Below are positions 21,026-32,170 of a stretch of DNA of 64,000 bases, in pieces. The DNA lies in assembly GCA_024704765.1 (NCBI GenBank), contig JAKMXF010000011.1:603557-667556 (forward strand), given 5' to 3'. Both the position numbers and the translations under genes were made by a program. The stretch comes from Oopsacas minuta (taxonomy: Eukaryota > Animalia > Porifera). Every line of letters starts with the position of its first letter. Positions within the stretch are counted from its first letter, which is position 1. Below the pieces are notes generated by a model, which worked only from the letters and a program-made list of their open reading frames with translations, was not told the origin of the DNA and did no database searches.

Positions 21026-23361
21026 AAATATTATTGTACGGTATAACTCGGGGAAGACGTATCACTTCGGGAAATACAAATTTGACGAACTACCTAGTAT
21101 ACGACTTATCCGAATAGAGATTATATATTGTTGAATGGGAACTGATTTTGGTTTGAAAGAATTAGTACATATTAACCGAATGTAGGTTTTATCCGAGTTC
21201 TACAGTACTAGGGTAGAAATTACAAAAAAGATTCCAACCTTACCATCACATAAATTGTAATCTCTGTAAACAAGCTTAGATCACTGACTTGGAATGGAAA
21301 AAGTAAAATGTTACATTTCGCGAGATTAATATTTGAGTTGAACGCAACGTGTAAAATCCGAACATCTAAACCAGTTATAACGTCTGAGTATTCCTACCCC
21401 TAGAATTAAATATAAGTATCTAGGAAGAATCTACGAAGAATCTACAAATACTACATGGGAAATACTAAATGCCTGTTCAGGAGGCTAAAGTTTGGTTAGA
21501 ACTATGAATAGGGTTAGATCCATAACCTGGGGTTAGAATAGGATAATCTTTGGTATATTCAACTTTGTATGGGCTTAGCAATCAAGCTCAGACCTCCTTT
21601 CTGAGTCAAAACAGTTGTAGTTTCCCTAATCATTTCATAACCAGGCTCTAGGCTAAATTCATAACTTCTCAACAACTTGATAGATAATACTTTCATCTCA
21701 GCTAAGGCAAAATGTTGTCCAATACAGTTTCGAGCTCCGGCAGAAAATGGAATAAATGAGTATGGATGTTTACCTTCCATATTCTCTTTCGAAAATCTAT
21801 TTGGGTCGAATTTAGAAGGCTCTTGCCATACTGTTGGGTTCATATGGACACTCTGTATTCCAATGTCAATAGGAGTTCCCTTTTTCAGAGTGTATCCATC
21901 CATTTGCACAGGTTTATCAACAATTCGTTGGACCAACGTAGCAGGACTATACAGTCTAAGAGATTCCTTTAAACACATATTTAGACATTCAAACTTGTTT
22001 ATATCTTCAAATGCGATGGTTTCACTGTCTCCTAACACTTCCATGATCTCTTCTCTACATTTTTCTTGCCATTCGGGATGACGACATAGACAATACATTA
22101 GAAAGGAAATACCACAAGTTGTTGTTTCAAAACCTGCAACAAAAAAATTACTCAATTCATCTATCATTTCCTCATCACTTAAACCGCTCCCATCTTCATC
22201 ACGAGACTTCATGATTAAATCCAGGAGATCATTGTACTCGCGAGGTTCTTCAGTTGTTAGCGCTCTTCGTTCATGAATAAATTTTGCCATTAAATTCCGC
22301 ATATCTTTACAATTCTTTAAAAAATCTTTACCAGCTTTTGACATGTAATAAATTGTGTCACTCATAATATATAAAAAATTATTGAAGCGAATTAACGATT
22401 GGGCTGTGAGTAAATCCAACATTTCTAAGTAGCTTCTCTGATCTGGGTTGTTCTCTAAGTTATTCTGTAAATCGCAATCTTTGGAACAAATTGAATTCAT
22501 CGTAGCTTCGAAAGTAGCCAAGCGTGCGAGCTTACTAAAATCAAACGAATTACCATTAATCTTGGTAGAAATTACTTCTACGAAATGATCGCCTGTTTTG
22601 TTGAAAACTTCACAAAAACTCTCTAAACATTTGAAGTGGAAGAGAGGTGTCAGTAGTCGCCTGTTACGTTTCCAAATTTCACCAGAGCTGAATGCTAATC
22701 CGTTACCAAAAGCTGGAGTGAACATGTCCAAGAAAATCCTGTCTTTGTCAGGAATCTCAGCGTACGCCAGAGCGATTAGTTCAGGACATGCGACAACAAT
22801 TCTAACCATATGCCCGTATACAACTCTATGCATTCTGGGATATTGTTTCACGTATGACTCTAATTTCTCCAAATCTTCCTCTCCAAAATCCGTCAGCCCA
22901 TGACCGAAAATAGACACTGTTTTTGGACCTGGGAAAAAATATCTAAGCTTGATGGAACTGTACAAAAATGCCACAAACTTGGATAAATAGAATATTCCAA
23001 ATAAAGCGAGAGCAGTATATATCAAAACTGATATGCTAACACTAATCATGTCTAATTGAAAATTATGAAAACTAGATAATAACTACGTTATCTGAGCGTA
23101 TGAGTCCAGATATCACAAAATGTTACTTCAGAGCCCCAACTCAGAATAGTGAAAGCCATCCTCTCTATATTGCGTAGAGTGTGCGATATAGCTATAGACT
23201 AGCTTGTTAATGAATATTACCAATATTCATAACTTCAAAATCGCATTCACTAAGTAGATATCGACTCCAAAGACACAATCAAACAACCAGGAGGTAGACA
23301 TCTGGACATGAATATGAAATTGTATAAACAGTCGCGAGTCATGGATATAATATCAATAATA
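21026..23361. repeat. Tandem duplication unit 2
   Basis: Matches 18517-20851. Confidence 0.95.
21559..23049 (-). CDS. Cytochrome P450, CYP4-clan-like, copy 2, intronless
   Basis: 496 aa, 12 residue differences from copy 1, all P450 motifs intact. Confidence 0.95.
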   Translation of the reverse strand: MISVSISVLIYTALALFGIFYLSKFVAFLYSSIKLRYFFPGPKTVSIFGHGLTDFGEEDLEKLESYVKQYPRMHRVVYGHMVRIVVACPELIALAYAEIPDKDRIFLDMFTPAFGNGLAFSSGEIWKRNRRLLTPLFHFKCLESFCEVFNKTGDHFVEVISTKINGNSFDFSKLARLATFEATMNSICSKDCDLQNNLENNPDQRSYLEMLDLLTAQSLIRFNNFLYIMSDTIYYMSKAGKDFLKNCKDMRNLMAKFIHERRALTTEEPREYNDLLDLIMKSRDEDGSGLSDEEMIDELSNFFVAGFETTTCGISFLMYCLCRHPEWQEKCREEIMEVLGDSETIAFEDINKFECLNMCLKESLRLYSPATLVQRIVDKPVQMDGYTLKKGTPIDIGIQSVHMNPTVWQEPSKFDPNRFSKENMEGKHPYSFIPFSAGARNCIGQHFALAEMKVLSIKLLRSYEFSLEPGYEMIRETTTVLTQKGGLSLIAKPIQS

Positions 23362-23559
23362 GTCCCAGCCGAAATAATAGAATAGTAGCAAGGGTATGTA
23401 CTTGTAAATATTAGTTAAAGGTTCTCTATAAACACACAGATAAAGCTACTACGTTTTAGTACTTAAAGTTAGGAATCACATAACGTGGTACATAAAATAC
23501 AATAATTATTTTAACGAAAACAGGTTTAAAAAAGTTGCGTTTGATGTGTATTCGAGAAA

Positions 23560-25452
23560 TTAACTATGTTTGCATGTGTTGTGGATATTTACAAAAAGTT
23601 GGAGCTGTGTGGGGAGATTCGTCACGTAGCCAGGGCAATGACGTTGAATAGCCCTAGCAGACAGACAAGTTAAAGCCAACGGGTAGTAACATTGAGTCAG
23701 TAGCATCGACATAGTTGTAGTAGAAGCTAGGTGTATTGCAGTATGTCCGGTATTGTCAGACATATCAACATGTGCACCACATGCAATAAGACTACAAACT
23801 AGGTTTGATGCGAATTCTGATTTAACTGCTATATGTAGCGGGGTTTTACCATCCTCATTGAGTGTGTTTAACATAGTAGGGTCAGTCAGTCTTGATAAGT
23901 AAGGGACTAATGGTAATAGGTTCGGGCGACATTTTCCGTAATCTTTATAAGCGTCATCAGGTTTATTAGAATGCAATACTAGAATGTGGGATAGAGTATT
24001 GCCAGTTTGTGTTGAACTGAATTCATCGCAAAACGACTTGACTAGTAAATCTCGCTCTTTCAATAAAGATAAGTTATGTTCATTAGGTGTATCAGGCAGA
24101 TAACCTAGCCATATAGCTATCAGTTCTAAATTTCTTTTCAAGGCTGTCTCGAAAAATTCATTTTCTTCCTTGACATCACCACTCTGTATAATTCTACGTA
24201 GATGAGGGAAAGTTAGTTCAAATAGAGAAGCGATATTTACCCGATATTCATTCTTGATAAAGTTGAGTATAGACCGATTTAAGTGACGTAGATTATCATT
24301 AAAATCCTCCAATGCATATCCTATATCAGCGATAGGGGAATTAGAAGCCATCCATAGTGCCCGGATGAATATCAACTCTGCTGATTCGAAGTGCTTATGA
24401 GAGAGTAGATAGCGAGCTGTGGCGAATGTATAGTAAGAAGTTAGATGGTAGAATGGGCCTAGGATTCTCTCACGCATCACCATGGATTGGTATATTACCC
24501 AATCAGATGTGGTGACCATTGATCCGACAGAGCTTACTTCTTTAATATAGCCGTATGCAGGGTTTGGCGGTAAGTATTCAGTTTCAACATTTTCTTCCCT
24601 TTTTAGAGTGATAGCTTCTATCCAGTACGTCAATGCTGATTCCACGGTTCTGTTCAAGTTGAAAGAGGAAGCTCCATAGAGTAGGATAGCATCAACAGCA
24701 CATGTAGGCGTACACTGAGGCAGTGACGTAAGAAAACGTACGACATCTAGCTGTCCATATGCGGCAGCTTGAAATAAAGGACAGGGTGTAATGAATGTAA
24801 ATTGTAGCTCAGGTGTAGGTGATAGGAAATCTAGTTTAGCGCCCAAATTTATAAGTAACTTGACTATATCCAAATGACCTTTCACACAAACAGCATGTAG
24901 AGGAGTCAGCCCCTTGGTAGAGCCTAGGTTTATATCAGCACCCCGTTGAGCCAGGAGTTCCACTGAATCACGGTGGTTTCTGAGAGCTGCGATCATAAGA
25001 GGGCTTTGTCCGGCTATGTTAGGGGCGTCCAAATCGGCTCCATTCGCGATCAAATAGTTTATCACTTCCAGTCGGTTGTGAAAAGAAGCCGCGCGTAAAG
25101 GTGAAGATTTCGTAGTAGTCCCATGATTGACGTCAGCACCCCCCTCGATCAGAATTTTTACAACTTCAGTATGGCCTCCAAGTGACGCGGCCCACAAGGG
25201 AGTGGCACCGCTTATTTTCTTCTCTGTAAAGTCAGATACAATATCGCATGATGATTCCAAGTCTATTTGAGGTAGACCGATCAAGTATTGGATACAGTCC
25301 GTACTGCCTTTCTGCGAGGCTATTACTAACAGGTGAGACACCTGGGCTAAAGTAGGCTGCTCAAGTGGAGGCTTGGTAAATGCTGTTCTAATTGAATCAA
25401 TGTCATTTATGTGAGCTGCTGTTGTGAGTGAATCAAAAATTTCTTCAGTCAT
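23560..25452 (-). CDS. FEM1: Protein fem-1 homologue (ankyrin-repeat CRL2 substrate receptor), intronless
   Basis: ISGATPLWAAS.GGH.EVVK.L..GADVN..T...S.PLRAA matches FEM1 ankyrins. RERILGP motif, C-terminal ankyrins, and a VHL-box-like L..LSARAI. Confidence 0.9.
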   Translation of the reverse strand: MTEEIFDSLTTAAHINDIDSIRTAFTKPPLEQPTLAQVSHLLVIASQKGSTDCIQYLIGLPQIDLESSCDIVSDFTEKKISGATPLWAASLGGHTEVVKILIEGGADVNHGTTTKSSPLRAASFHNRLEVINYLIANGADLDAPNIAGQSPLMIAALRNHRDSVELLAQRGADINLGSTKGLTPLHAVCVKGHLDIVKLLINLGAKLDFLSPTPELQFTFITPCPLFQAAAYGQLDVVRFLTSLPQCTPTCAVDAILLYGASSFNLNRTVESALTYWIEAITLKREENVETEYLPPNPAYGYIKEVSSVGSMVTTSDWVIYQSMVMRERILGPFYHLTSYYTFATARYLLSHKHFESAELIFIRALWMASNSPIADIGYALEDFNDNLRHLNRSILNFIKNEYRVNIASLFELTFPHLRRIIQSGDVKEENEFFETALKRNLELIAIWLGYLPDTPNEHNLSLLKERDLLVKSFCDEFSSTQTGNTLSHILVLHSNKPDDAYKDYGKCRPNLLPLVPYLSRLTDPTMLNTLNEDGKTPLHIAVKSEFASNLVCSLIACGAHVDMSDNTGHTAIHLASTTTMSMLLTQCYYPLALTCLSARAIQRHCPGYVTNLPTQLQLFVNIHNTCKHS

Positions 25453-26689
25453 TGCTGATCGGGGAAGCTAATTTGTGGTGATGATATAAATATTTTGGGT
25501 ACATTGTGGATATTTCCAAGAGATTTGCAATAATAATATAGTTTATGGTATAATATTAGTACAATTCTAGGATGGAATTCGTAAATTCTTTCATTCAGTT
25601 TTACCAATAACAGTAAACTCAAGAAACGATGAAAGGGAAGGAATATATAGCGCTCGATAGTTTGATATTTAGTAAATATAATATTATTCACAATACGTTG
25701 TTTCGTAACCATGTAGTGTGTGACATAAGTATACATATTTGATGTAGCTACAAGAAATATGAAAATTAATATTTCACAATATCAAGCAAGGTGTATTTAT
25801 TACAAACTTGCGGAAATCTATAGCAAGTATCCCTAATATAAAATACCCATAGCATTATGAACAACTTTGCAATGTTAAATAATGTAGAATTTGGTTTACA
25901 GTTGATCCTTCTTGAATTAGGTTCAAAGAAGATATGATGAATGGTACAACTCTGATCGATAGAGATAAATGCAGCCTTTCGTTACGCAAGCATTACTATT
26001 CTGATCTTCTAACATACCAAATAAATAGTTGTCAAAATTAATTAATGAACTAAAAATGATTTCTCTAATTACAACTCTTCTTAGTGTAAATGGTATGATT
26101 TGTTGGAGATTAACAAAGAACAATCTTCACTACGTAGATCATTAGTCATGTTTGGGAACGCATCTATAAAATGCATGAAAATTCTTTTGAAAAAGCTATA
26201 GAACTTTCACGAAAGGCTTAAATGACCTAAAATTGTCCTAAAAATGACTTGAATTTTACATGAAAATTACCTGAAAATGATATATCCGCATGCGGATTGG
26301 TATTTATAATAGCTCAACTCTCAACTGTTTGGGGAACAAGATTCTCCAGAGAATAATGTTTGGGAACCATATTCCCTACTTAATAATGTTCGGGGAACAC
26401 TAATCACTGTGGTACCGGCCGGACCAAATATTTCGTAACAGGTAGGAGGTATCGGTAAACGGAACTATCGTCGCCGGAATTTTTGAACATAACATGAATA
26501 ATGAACTAATGAGAAAACAGAAATATAAAGATGATAATATTAAACGTAGCTAGAATGTAAAATGATATGCAATACCCTTTAAGAATGTTATTGTATCTCG
26601 ATTCTATAGTCTACCACAAAATTGTACAATTTCTCATCCCGTTCCTTAGTAGATTTTGATTGCATATGTATATCCCCTAACTCCTGTTG

Positions 26690-26995
26690 AAAATACTTTA
26701 CAAACTTGAGAAAACTGGGGTGAGAGATAGATATCCCAGTTTGAAATGCATTTTGCCATCCCTCTACACAGTTATTGGTTTCTAGAGCTATGATCTAGTA
26801 CACGAGAGTACATATCCTAAACTTCATTGAAATAGCGGTGTCCTCCTGGTTTGATCTGGTAACCTTCTTCCCAGGTATGTACCTCCAAAATCTCCTGCAA
26901 CTCCATCGCATCTAGGGGGAACTCATCCATTAATATAACAATGCAATCGCATACTTCGTTTTTCCGGACAAATGCAAGACTTGGGAGCATGCTGG
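26690..26995 (-). mobile_element. Degenerate MULE transposase fragment
   Basis: Minus-strand pieces MLPSLAFV, GTYLGRR...RRTPLF and TNNCVEGWQNAFQTGISISHPSFLKFVKYF, broken by frameshifts, match the C-terminal half of MULE transposases (RTNN.xEGWH..F..HP). Confidence 0.7.
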
Positions 26996-27294
26996 ATTTT
27001 GAAAGGGCAGGTGAACTGTAGAATATTTAATTAAGAGCATTTTCACAAACGTTGTACCCACAGAAAATTCTTCACTTTCATAGAGTCACATGAACTTACA
27101 TCAGTCTTGTCTTGAGGTTAAGGAAATCTACGAATCATCCTAGATATCATTAAGACGAAAGTAATTACAAATTGGTGTCATAATAAGTATGTTCATATAG
27201 ATTTTAAAATTACGATACTTTATATAAGAGAATATTCATTCGCAATCGTAACAATTCCATTTTAATTTCCATTACCGAAATATTACTAAAAAGA

Positions 27295-28047
27295 ATGACA
27301 ATACGCTTCCCTATTGAGATATTCCCTCTAGCCATGGTATTCTTCCCAATAATCGGCCTCATTACAACCTATGGAATATCAGTAGGTTTAAACCATACTA
27401 TCCCTGTAGTACCATTCATCAGCAATACAGGAAATTTCCCACCAGAAAGTGGAATTTTCACGATTGTTCTATCTTGTACAGCATTTCTAATCCTACTGGT
27501 AATCTCAATACAATTCAAACATATTTGGGATAACACTGAGAAGAAAGGTGCCTGCAGCATCATAATACACATAATTAATGTTCTATCATATTGTGCTGGA
27601 TTAATATCTGTTCTCGGTAGTTTAATGGTTGGTAGTTACACTTCTGCAGACAGTCGACTAGGACACGAGTTGGGAGCAGATCTAACGCTAGTTTTTGGGA
27701 TTGTATACTTTATGTTACAAACTCCAATTGCTCCATTCGTAGAACCAAAACTTAAAATAATCAGATGGATTATACTGGTAATTCGTATTGCATTGATTGT
27801 TTTCAGTTTGGCAATGTTATTAGTATATTTAATACCAACAGGTAATTTAACAGTATCAACGGTCGCACAGTGGTTCTTGGTATCCACATTGTTTGTAATG
27901 TTTGGTACTTTCTTACCAGAATTCCATGCACTTGATGTTCAGTTTAAAGTAGGTATCAAAAAGAAGGCTGGAGAAGAAACTATCAGACAGAATGGAACCT
28001 CTTTCCGTGTAGGATCTGATGCGAAAGTAGAGACAGCTAATTTTTAG
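27295..28047 (+). CDS. DRAM/TMEM150 (Frag1/DRAM/Sfk1 family) six-TM protein, intronless
   Basis: Six hydrophobic helices. PFISNTG..PPESGIF and H..GA.L.F..G..Y...QT family motifs. Confidence 0.88.
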   Translation: MTIRFPIEIFPLAMVFFPIIGLITTYGISVGLNHTIPVVPFISNTGNFPPESGIFTIVLSCTAFLILLVISIQFKHIWDNTEKKGACSIIIHIINVLSYCAGLISVLGSLMVGSYTSADSRLGHELGADLTLVFGIVYFMLQTPIAPFVEPKLKIIRWIILVIRIALIVFSLAMLLVYLIPTGNLTVSTVAQWFLVSTLFVMFGTFLPEFHALDVQFKVGIKKKAGEETIRQNGTSFRVGSDAKVETANF

Positions 28048-28437
28048 ATTACTTATTTATGTGATTACATTGTGTTAAATGTTTTTTATAGAAACATCTG
28101 TAGCTGTATCAGTAATAATTATATAGATTTGTAGAACGTCTATTTAACCAGTGTTAACCTAGGGCAATTCAGGACAGTTAAAACCATTCCCTAATTTGTC
28201 GAAAATGGTTTTATCTTGTACAAAATTTGTATAGATATTCTACAAATTAATCTACAAATAGAATGCACTTTAGAGCATTCTCTGCACGTATATTTCTCTA
28301 CGTTTTGAGAATGCAATTATTTGTTTATATTCATAAAAACAACAATAAATTATATAAGATTAATTCAAAAGTGTGATATCAGATTCAGCATATTCTATAT
28401 AACTCAAATATAGGTTTGTCTAACGGGTGATGATCGT

Positions 28438-28542
28438 TCCGAACGATGAACACCTTTGTTAGTATGGAAATATACCATTCAACATCATTGAAAGGTCACT
28501 TTCCATTAGTACGTGTACTAACAAAGGTGTTCATCGTTCGGA
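28438..28542. repeat. Perfect 27-bp inverted repeat at the breakpoint of the DRAM inverted copy
   Basis: TCCGAACGATGAACACCTTTGTTAGTA (28438-28464) and its exact reverse complement (28516-28542). Confidence 0.95.
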
Positions 28543-28805
28543 CCTTTCTTCTCAGTGTTATCCCAAATATGTTTGAATTGTATTGAGATTACCAGTAGGA
28601 TTAGAAATGCTGTACAAGATAGAACAATCGTGAAAATTCCACTTTCTGGTGGGAAATTTCCTGTATTGCTGATGAATGGTACTACAGGGATAGTATGGTT
28701 TAAACCTACTGATATTCCATAGGTTGTAATGAGGCCGATTATTGGGAAGAATACCATGGCTAGAGGGAATATCTCAATAGGGAAGCGTATTGTCATTCTT
28801 TTTAG
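28542..28805 (-). pseudogene. Inverted partial duplicate of the first 264 bp of the DRAM-like gene
   Basis: Reverse complement of 27286-27549, no mismatch seen. The ORF runs into the junction and stops (KKG-PNDEHLC*). Confidence 0.92.
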
Positions 28806-29015
28806 CAACTGTAAGTTACAATTTAATTTCTATTAGGTAGAATACTGAAATGTTAAATTCTATTAGAGTATATATGTTACATTTGTTTTATATTCTTGAA
28901 CTCAAAGCACGTGTTTGCACAAGAACCTACCTCTTGTGAACTCTCTGGAAGATAGAATAATATCTATGTTTATATGTCTATATAGGGCATAACCATTTTG
29001 CTGAGAAAGATTAAT

Positions 29016-29063
29016 ATACTTGCCAACCTGAGTGAAGAAAAAAGCGCGACAGTTGGCAAGTAT
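29016..29063. repeat. Small element with 12-bp inverted ends; related copy near 59198-59256
   Basis: ATACTTGCCAAC...GTTGGCAAGTAT. Shares TTGCCAACCTGAGTGAAGAAAA with the copy in a CFAP43 intron. Confidence 0.55.
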
Positions 29064-29637
29064 GGATTATTTTAAATTTGGTTATCCTCAATTAAGAGAA
29101 ATTTGTGAATAACTCCCAACAATTATATTATTTAGGAAAACTGTTATTAACAATTTTAGTGTAGTTTTATTTGGCATAACATAATTTATGTAACTTATGG
29201 GAGAGTAAAGTTTAGTGAATTGTGTTAGAGTAAGCTAATATTTCTATTATAGGGCCAGCGCCACCAGTCCGGTTGGACCGGACCACTTCAAAATCAGTGG
29301 CTCCTGACTGTACTAGTTTATTTCCAATGTGTACTGACGAACTAGCACAAAAATCCTTAGATCATGTGAACACATACATGTTTATCATCCCCGCGGGGGC
29401 AAATATTGCATGTATTATTGTAGTTATAAAAGCAGATGGACACATACACATTGACTACGGCTATTTTATCCTTGCAATATATAACTCCGAAAAGTAAACT
29501 CAATGCTGTTTCCCAATTTCATAAAAATCATGGATAAGAAACAAGTAATTAACATTATATCGCCATACGGACATACTCTTCCGAACATAGCTTGACCGTA
29601 TAATTCAAAAATATTTGGATTCTGATTACCCATAATC

Positions 29638-30044
29638 CAGTGGCGCGGAACCACGGGGGCTACGGGGGCTTGTTTTTATAAAATATTTCCCCGTATAAAA
29701 GCTAATTTCTTATTTGTACATCAAATTCAGAAATGCTGTATATTGCAATTGAAAACTGTCCTAATTTAATTTCTACTTTATAGAGAAGTACTTTGTGTAA
29801 TTATAAACCAACCAAATGTATAATCTTAAGGTAATACTTGTTGTAAATGGCGGAAAATGCCACCCTATTTACTTAATTATTTTATTGAAAATATTATAGT
29901 TTCATATTGAATAGAATAAACTGTTCGTTGTGCTTGTTATTGATATAAAAACTTTTGAGAATCCAACGCCCTTCAAATCAATAATATTACCTGTCATTTT
30001 TACGATTTCAGCCCCCCTGAAAATAATTCATTCCGCCTCCACTG
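29638..30044. mobile_element. hAT-superfamily MITE (407 bp)
   Basis: Ends CAGTGG(c)GCGGAA ... TTCCGCCTCCACTG, subterminal GGGGGCT/AGCCCCC, and a perfect 8-bp TSD CCATAATC on both sides (29630-29637, 30045-30052). Confidence 0.88.
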
Positions 30045-30246
30045 CCATAATCATTCCTATTTAATTATCTAGCTATCCTCAAATTTAATGTCTTACTTCT
30101 CAGCAAATATATGCTAAATTCTCTTTAATTTATAGACAATTATAAATACACTTAGTTAAAATATCATACTACTTTTCTTTGCCAATGCCAACAATCTAAT
30201 TTACTCAAGAATAGATACAAACACGATTACACTTTACAAAATTAAC

Positions 30247-31011
30247 TTAACAATTTGGTAGTAGTTTGATACTCAATGAATTCTCTTCTTTATCATCACT
30301 CCATACCCTCTCAAAATCATCACGGATATTTTCCTGGAATTCAAAGTGGAATATTAAGTTCATCTTACGAAATTCAACAACAAAGATGAAGAAAAATGAC
30401 TGTATTAATGCGTACAAAAACCATTCTGTAATTGCAGATATTTTTAATAATACGTAATAATCATATTCTTTGCAACCTAAAAATATGCCTGATGCTACCA
30501 CAATAAGAATCAGCAAAATAATTCTAATACCCAACACTAACCATCTGAGTTTTAATCTCGGTCTAACAAATGGTCCAATAGCTGTATGTAACACCATGTA
30601 AATGAAGCCAAAAAGCAGTCCAATGACTACACCGTCATTGTGTAACGCATTGTTTTCACTCATCCTATAGCTACCAACTAAAAGCGTACCAATCCCGGAT
30701 ATTAGCCCAGACGGTAGTGCGACACAATTCACAATTTGTATTATTATTTTCTTTATCCCAGTATGGTAGGTACCATCCCACACTTGTTTGAATCTTATGA
30801 GCATTATTGCTACTAGTAGAAAAGTTGTGCCGGACATCACAATGGTGAAAATGCCGTTTTCTGGTGACTTATCACCTGTATTGCTGATATACGGAGCGAA
30901 TGCATCTGTATGTTTGAGTCCAGCTGCGATGCCATATGTCGTAGCGAGACCTATGAACATGAAGACTGCGCCCAAGATTGGTAATATTTCAACTGGAAAT
31001 CGTTGAGCCAT
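30247..31011 (-). CDS. DRAM/TMEM150 family protein, divergent paralogue, intronless
   Basis: PYISNTGDKSPENGIF motif and six TM helices. N-terminus RFPVEILP parallels RFPIEIFP of the 27295 gene. Convergent orientation. Confidence 0.88.
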   Translation of the reverse strand: MAQRFPVEILPILGAVFMFIGLATTYGIAAGLKHTDAFAPYISNTGDKSPENGIFTIVMSGTTFLLVAIMLIRFKQVWDGTYHTGIKKIIIQIVNCVALPSGLISGIGTLLVGSYRMSENNALHNDGVVIGLLFGFIYMVLHTAIGPFVRPRLKLRWLVLGIRIILLILIVVASGIFLGCKEYDYYVLLKISAITEWFLYALIQSFFFIFVVEFRKMNLIFHFEFQENIRDDFERVWSDDKEENSLSIKLLPNC

Positions 31012-31254
31012 GCGTTGTTAATAGTGATTTGTGCAGATTTTCCTATTATACAATTTATATAGTATATTAAATTATCCTATATTGCAATGCTTACATGGGA
31101 TTCACCCATTGAGAAATACTAAATTATAATACAAATCTTATGTAATATTATTGGTTTGAAATTTCTTGTCCAATCAAATTTATGTTATCAAAAGTATGCA
31201 TCAAATGGTGAATATAAACAATAATTTTGTAATGTTGTACAATGACCTCATAAA

Positions 31255-31872
31255 ATGAGTAAATCAAATCGCAAATCTTCTCAAGTGATCTCCCTGCCCG
31301 AGGTTAACGCGCCAGAAACTGAACCCATCACAGTAGAGCTTGATGAGTTAGAGTATCAGGGTATAATTGAGCGACTTGCTGCTAGCCAGAAGATCAAAGG
31401 CACACGGATGTTGAAACAATATTATGATTCTACACTGAATAGTATCATTGAAAAAGAAGGCCAACTCATTGCGAAGGCGAAAGCAACAGGTAGTAAATCA
31501 AAGAAACAGCTGGATAAAGAGATTGCAGAAGGTATGAAGAAATTACGAATGAACTTATATCAAGAGGTTTACAAGTCTTTGTTAGAAATTCATTTACATA
31601 GCCTAGAGATTGATAAAAAGAGAAGAGATCTACGACCACAAAAGAAGACGATCTTAGTGAACTGGCTCAATGCACACCCAAATTCTCCATATCCTAAAGA
31701 GGATGATAAACAACGTTTAGCTGATGAATCTGGACTCACTGTAAAACAGGTGTCAATTTGGTTTGCAAACCAAAGACGTAAAATGAAGGAGAATATGAAA
31801 AGGAAAACAAAGCTAACTCCACCCAAAGCAGCCAAAACTCCAAAGAAGGCACCAAATAGGAAGAAGAATTAA
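31255..31872 (+). CDS. TALE-class homeobox protein, divergent, intronless
   Basis: Homeodomain with the three-amino-acid loop HPNSPYP and helix 3 KQVSIWFANQRRK. Confidence 0.9.
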   Translation: MSKSNRKSSQVISLPEVNAPETEPITVELDELEYQGIIERLAASQKIKGTRMLKQYYDSTLNSIIEKEGQLIAKAKATGSKSKKQLDKEIAEGMKKLRMNLYQEVYKSLLEIHLHSLEIDKKRRDLRPQKKTILVNWLNAHPNSPYPKEDDKQRLADESGLTVKQVSIWFANQRRKMKENMKRKTKLTPPKAAKTPKKAPNRKKN

Positions 31873-32170
31873 TAAAATTTCCATTCGATTATATGATAAT
31901 CCAATTATTGCTATGATATCATTTATACTCGTGTTTATCAGTTCTAGGCGTTTAGTAATTTTAGCAGAATTGCGCAGTGTCGAATACAGACACAAATTAT
32001 CACATAATTCATTCCTATAAATAAATTCACTAACTTCCCTAACATAATTGCCTCAAGGTAGTTGTAGCGTAATTTATGCGACCATAGAATTCTATGAGGC
32101 GACATATTTTATAGTTACAACAGTTAGAGCATTACTATGCCAAAAGGAGTGGTAAGAGCTAGCGTCATTA

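Noticed and set aside
19167-22903. Duplicated + strand ORFs (134, 68 and 101 aa) inside the P450 genes
   Set aside because: Antisense shadows of the P450 codons, repeated only because the gene is duplicated.
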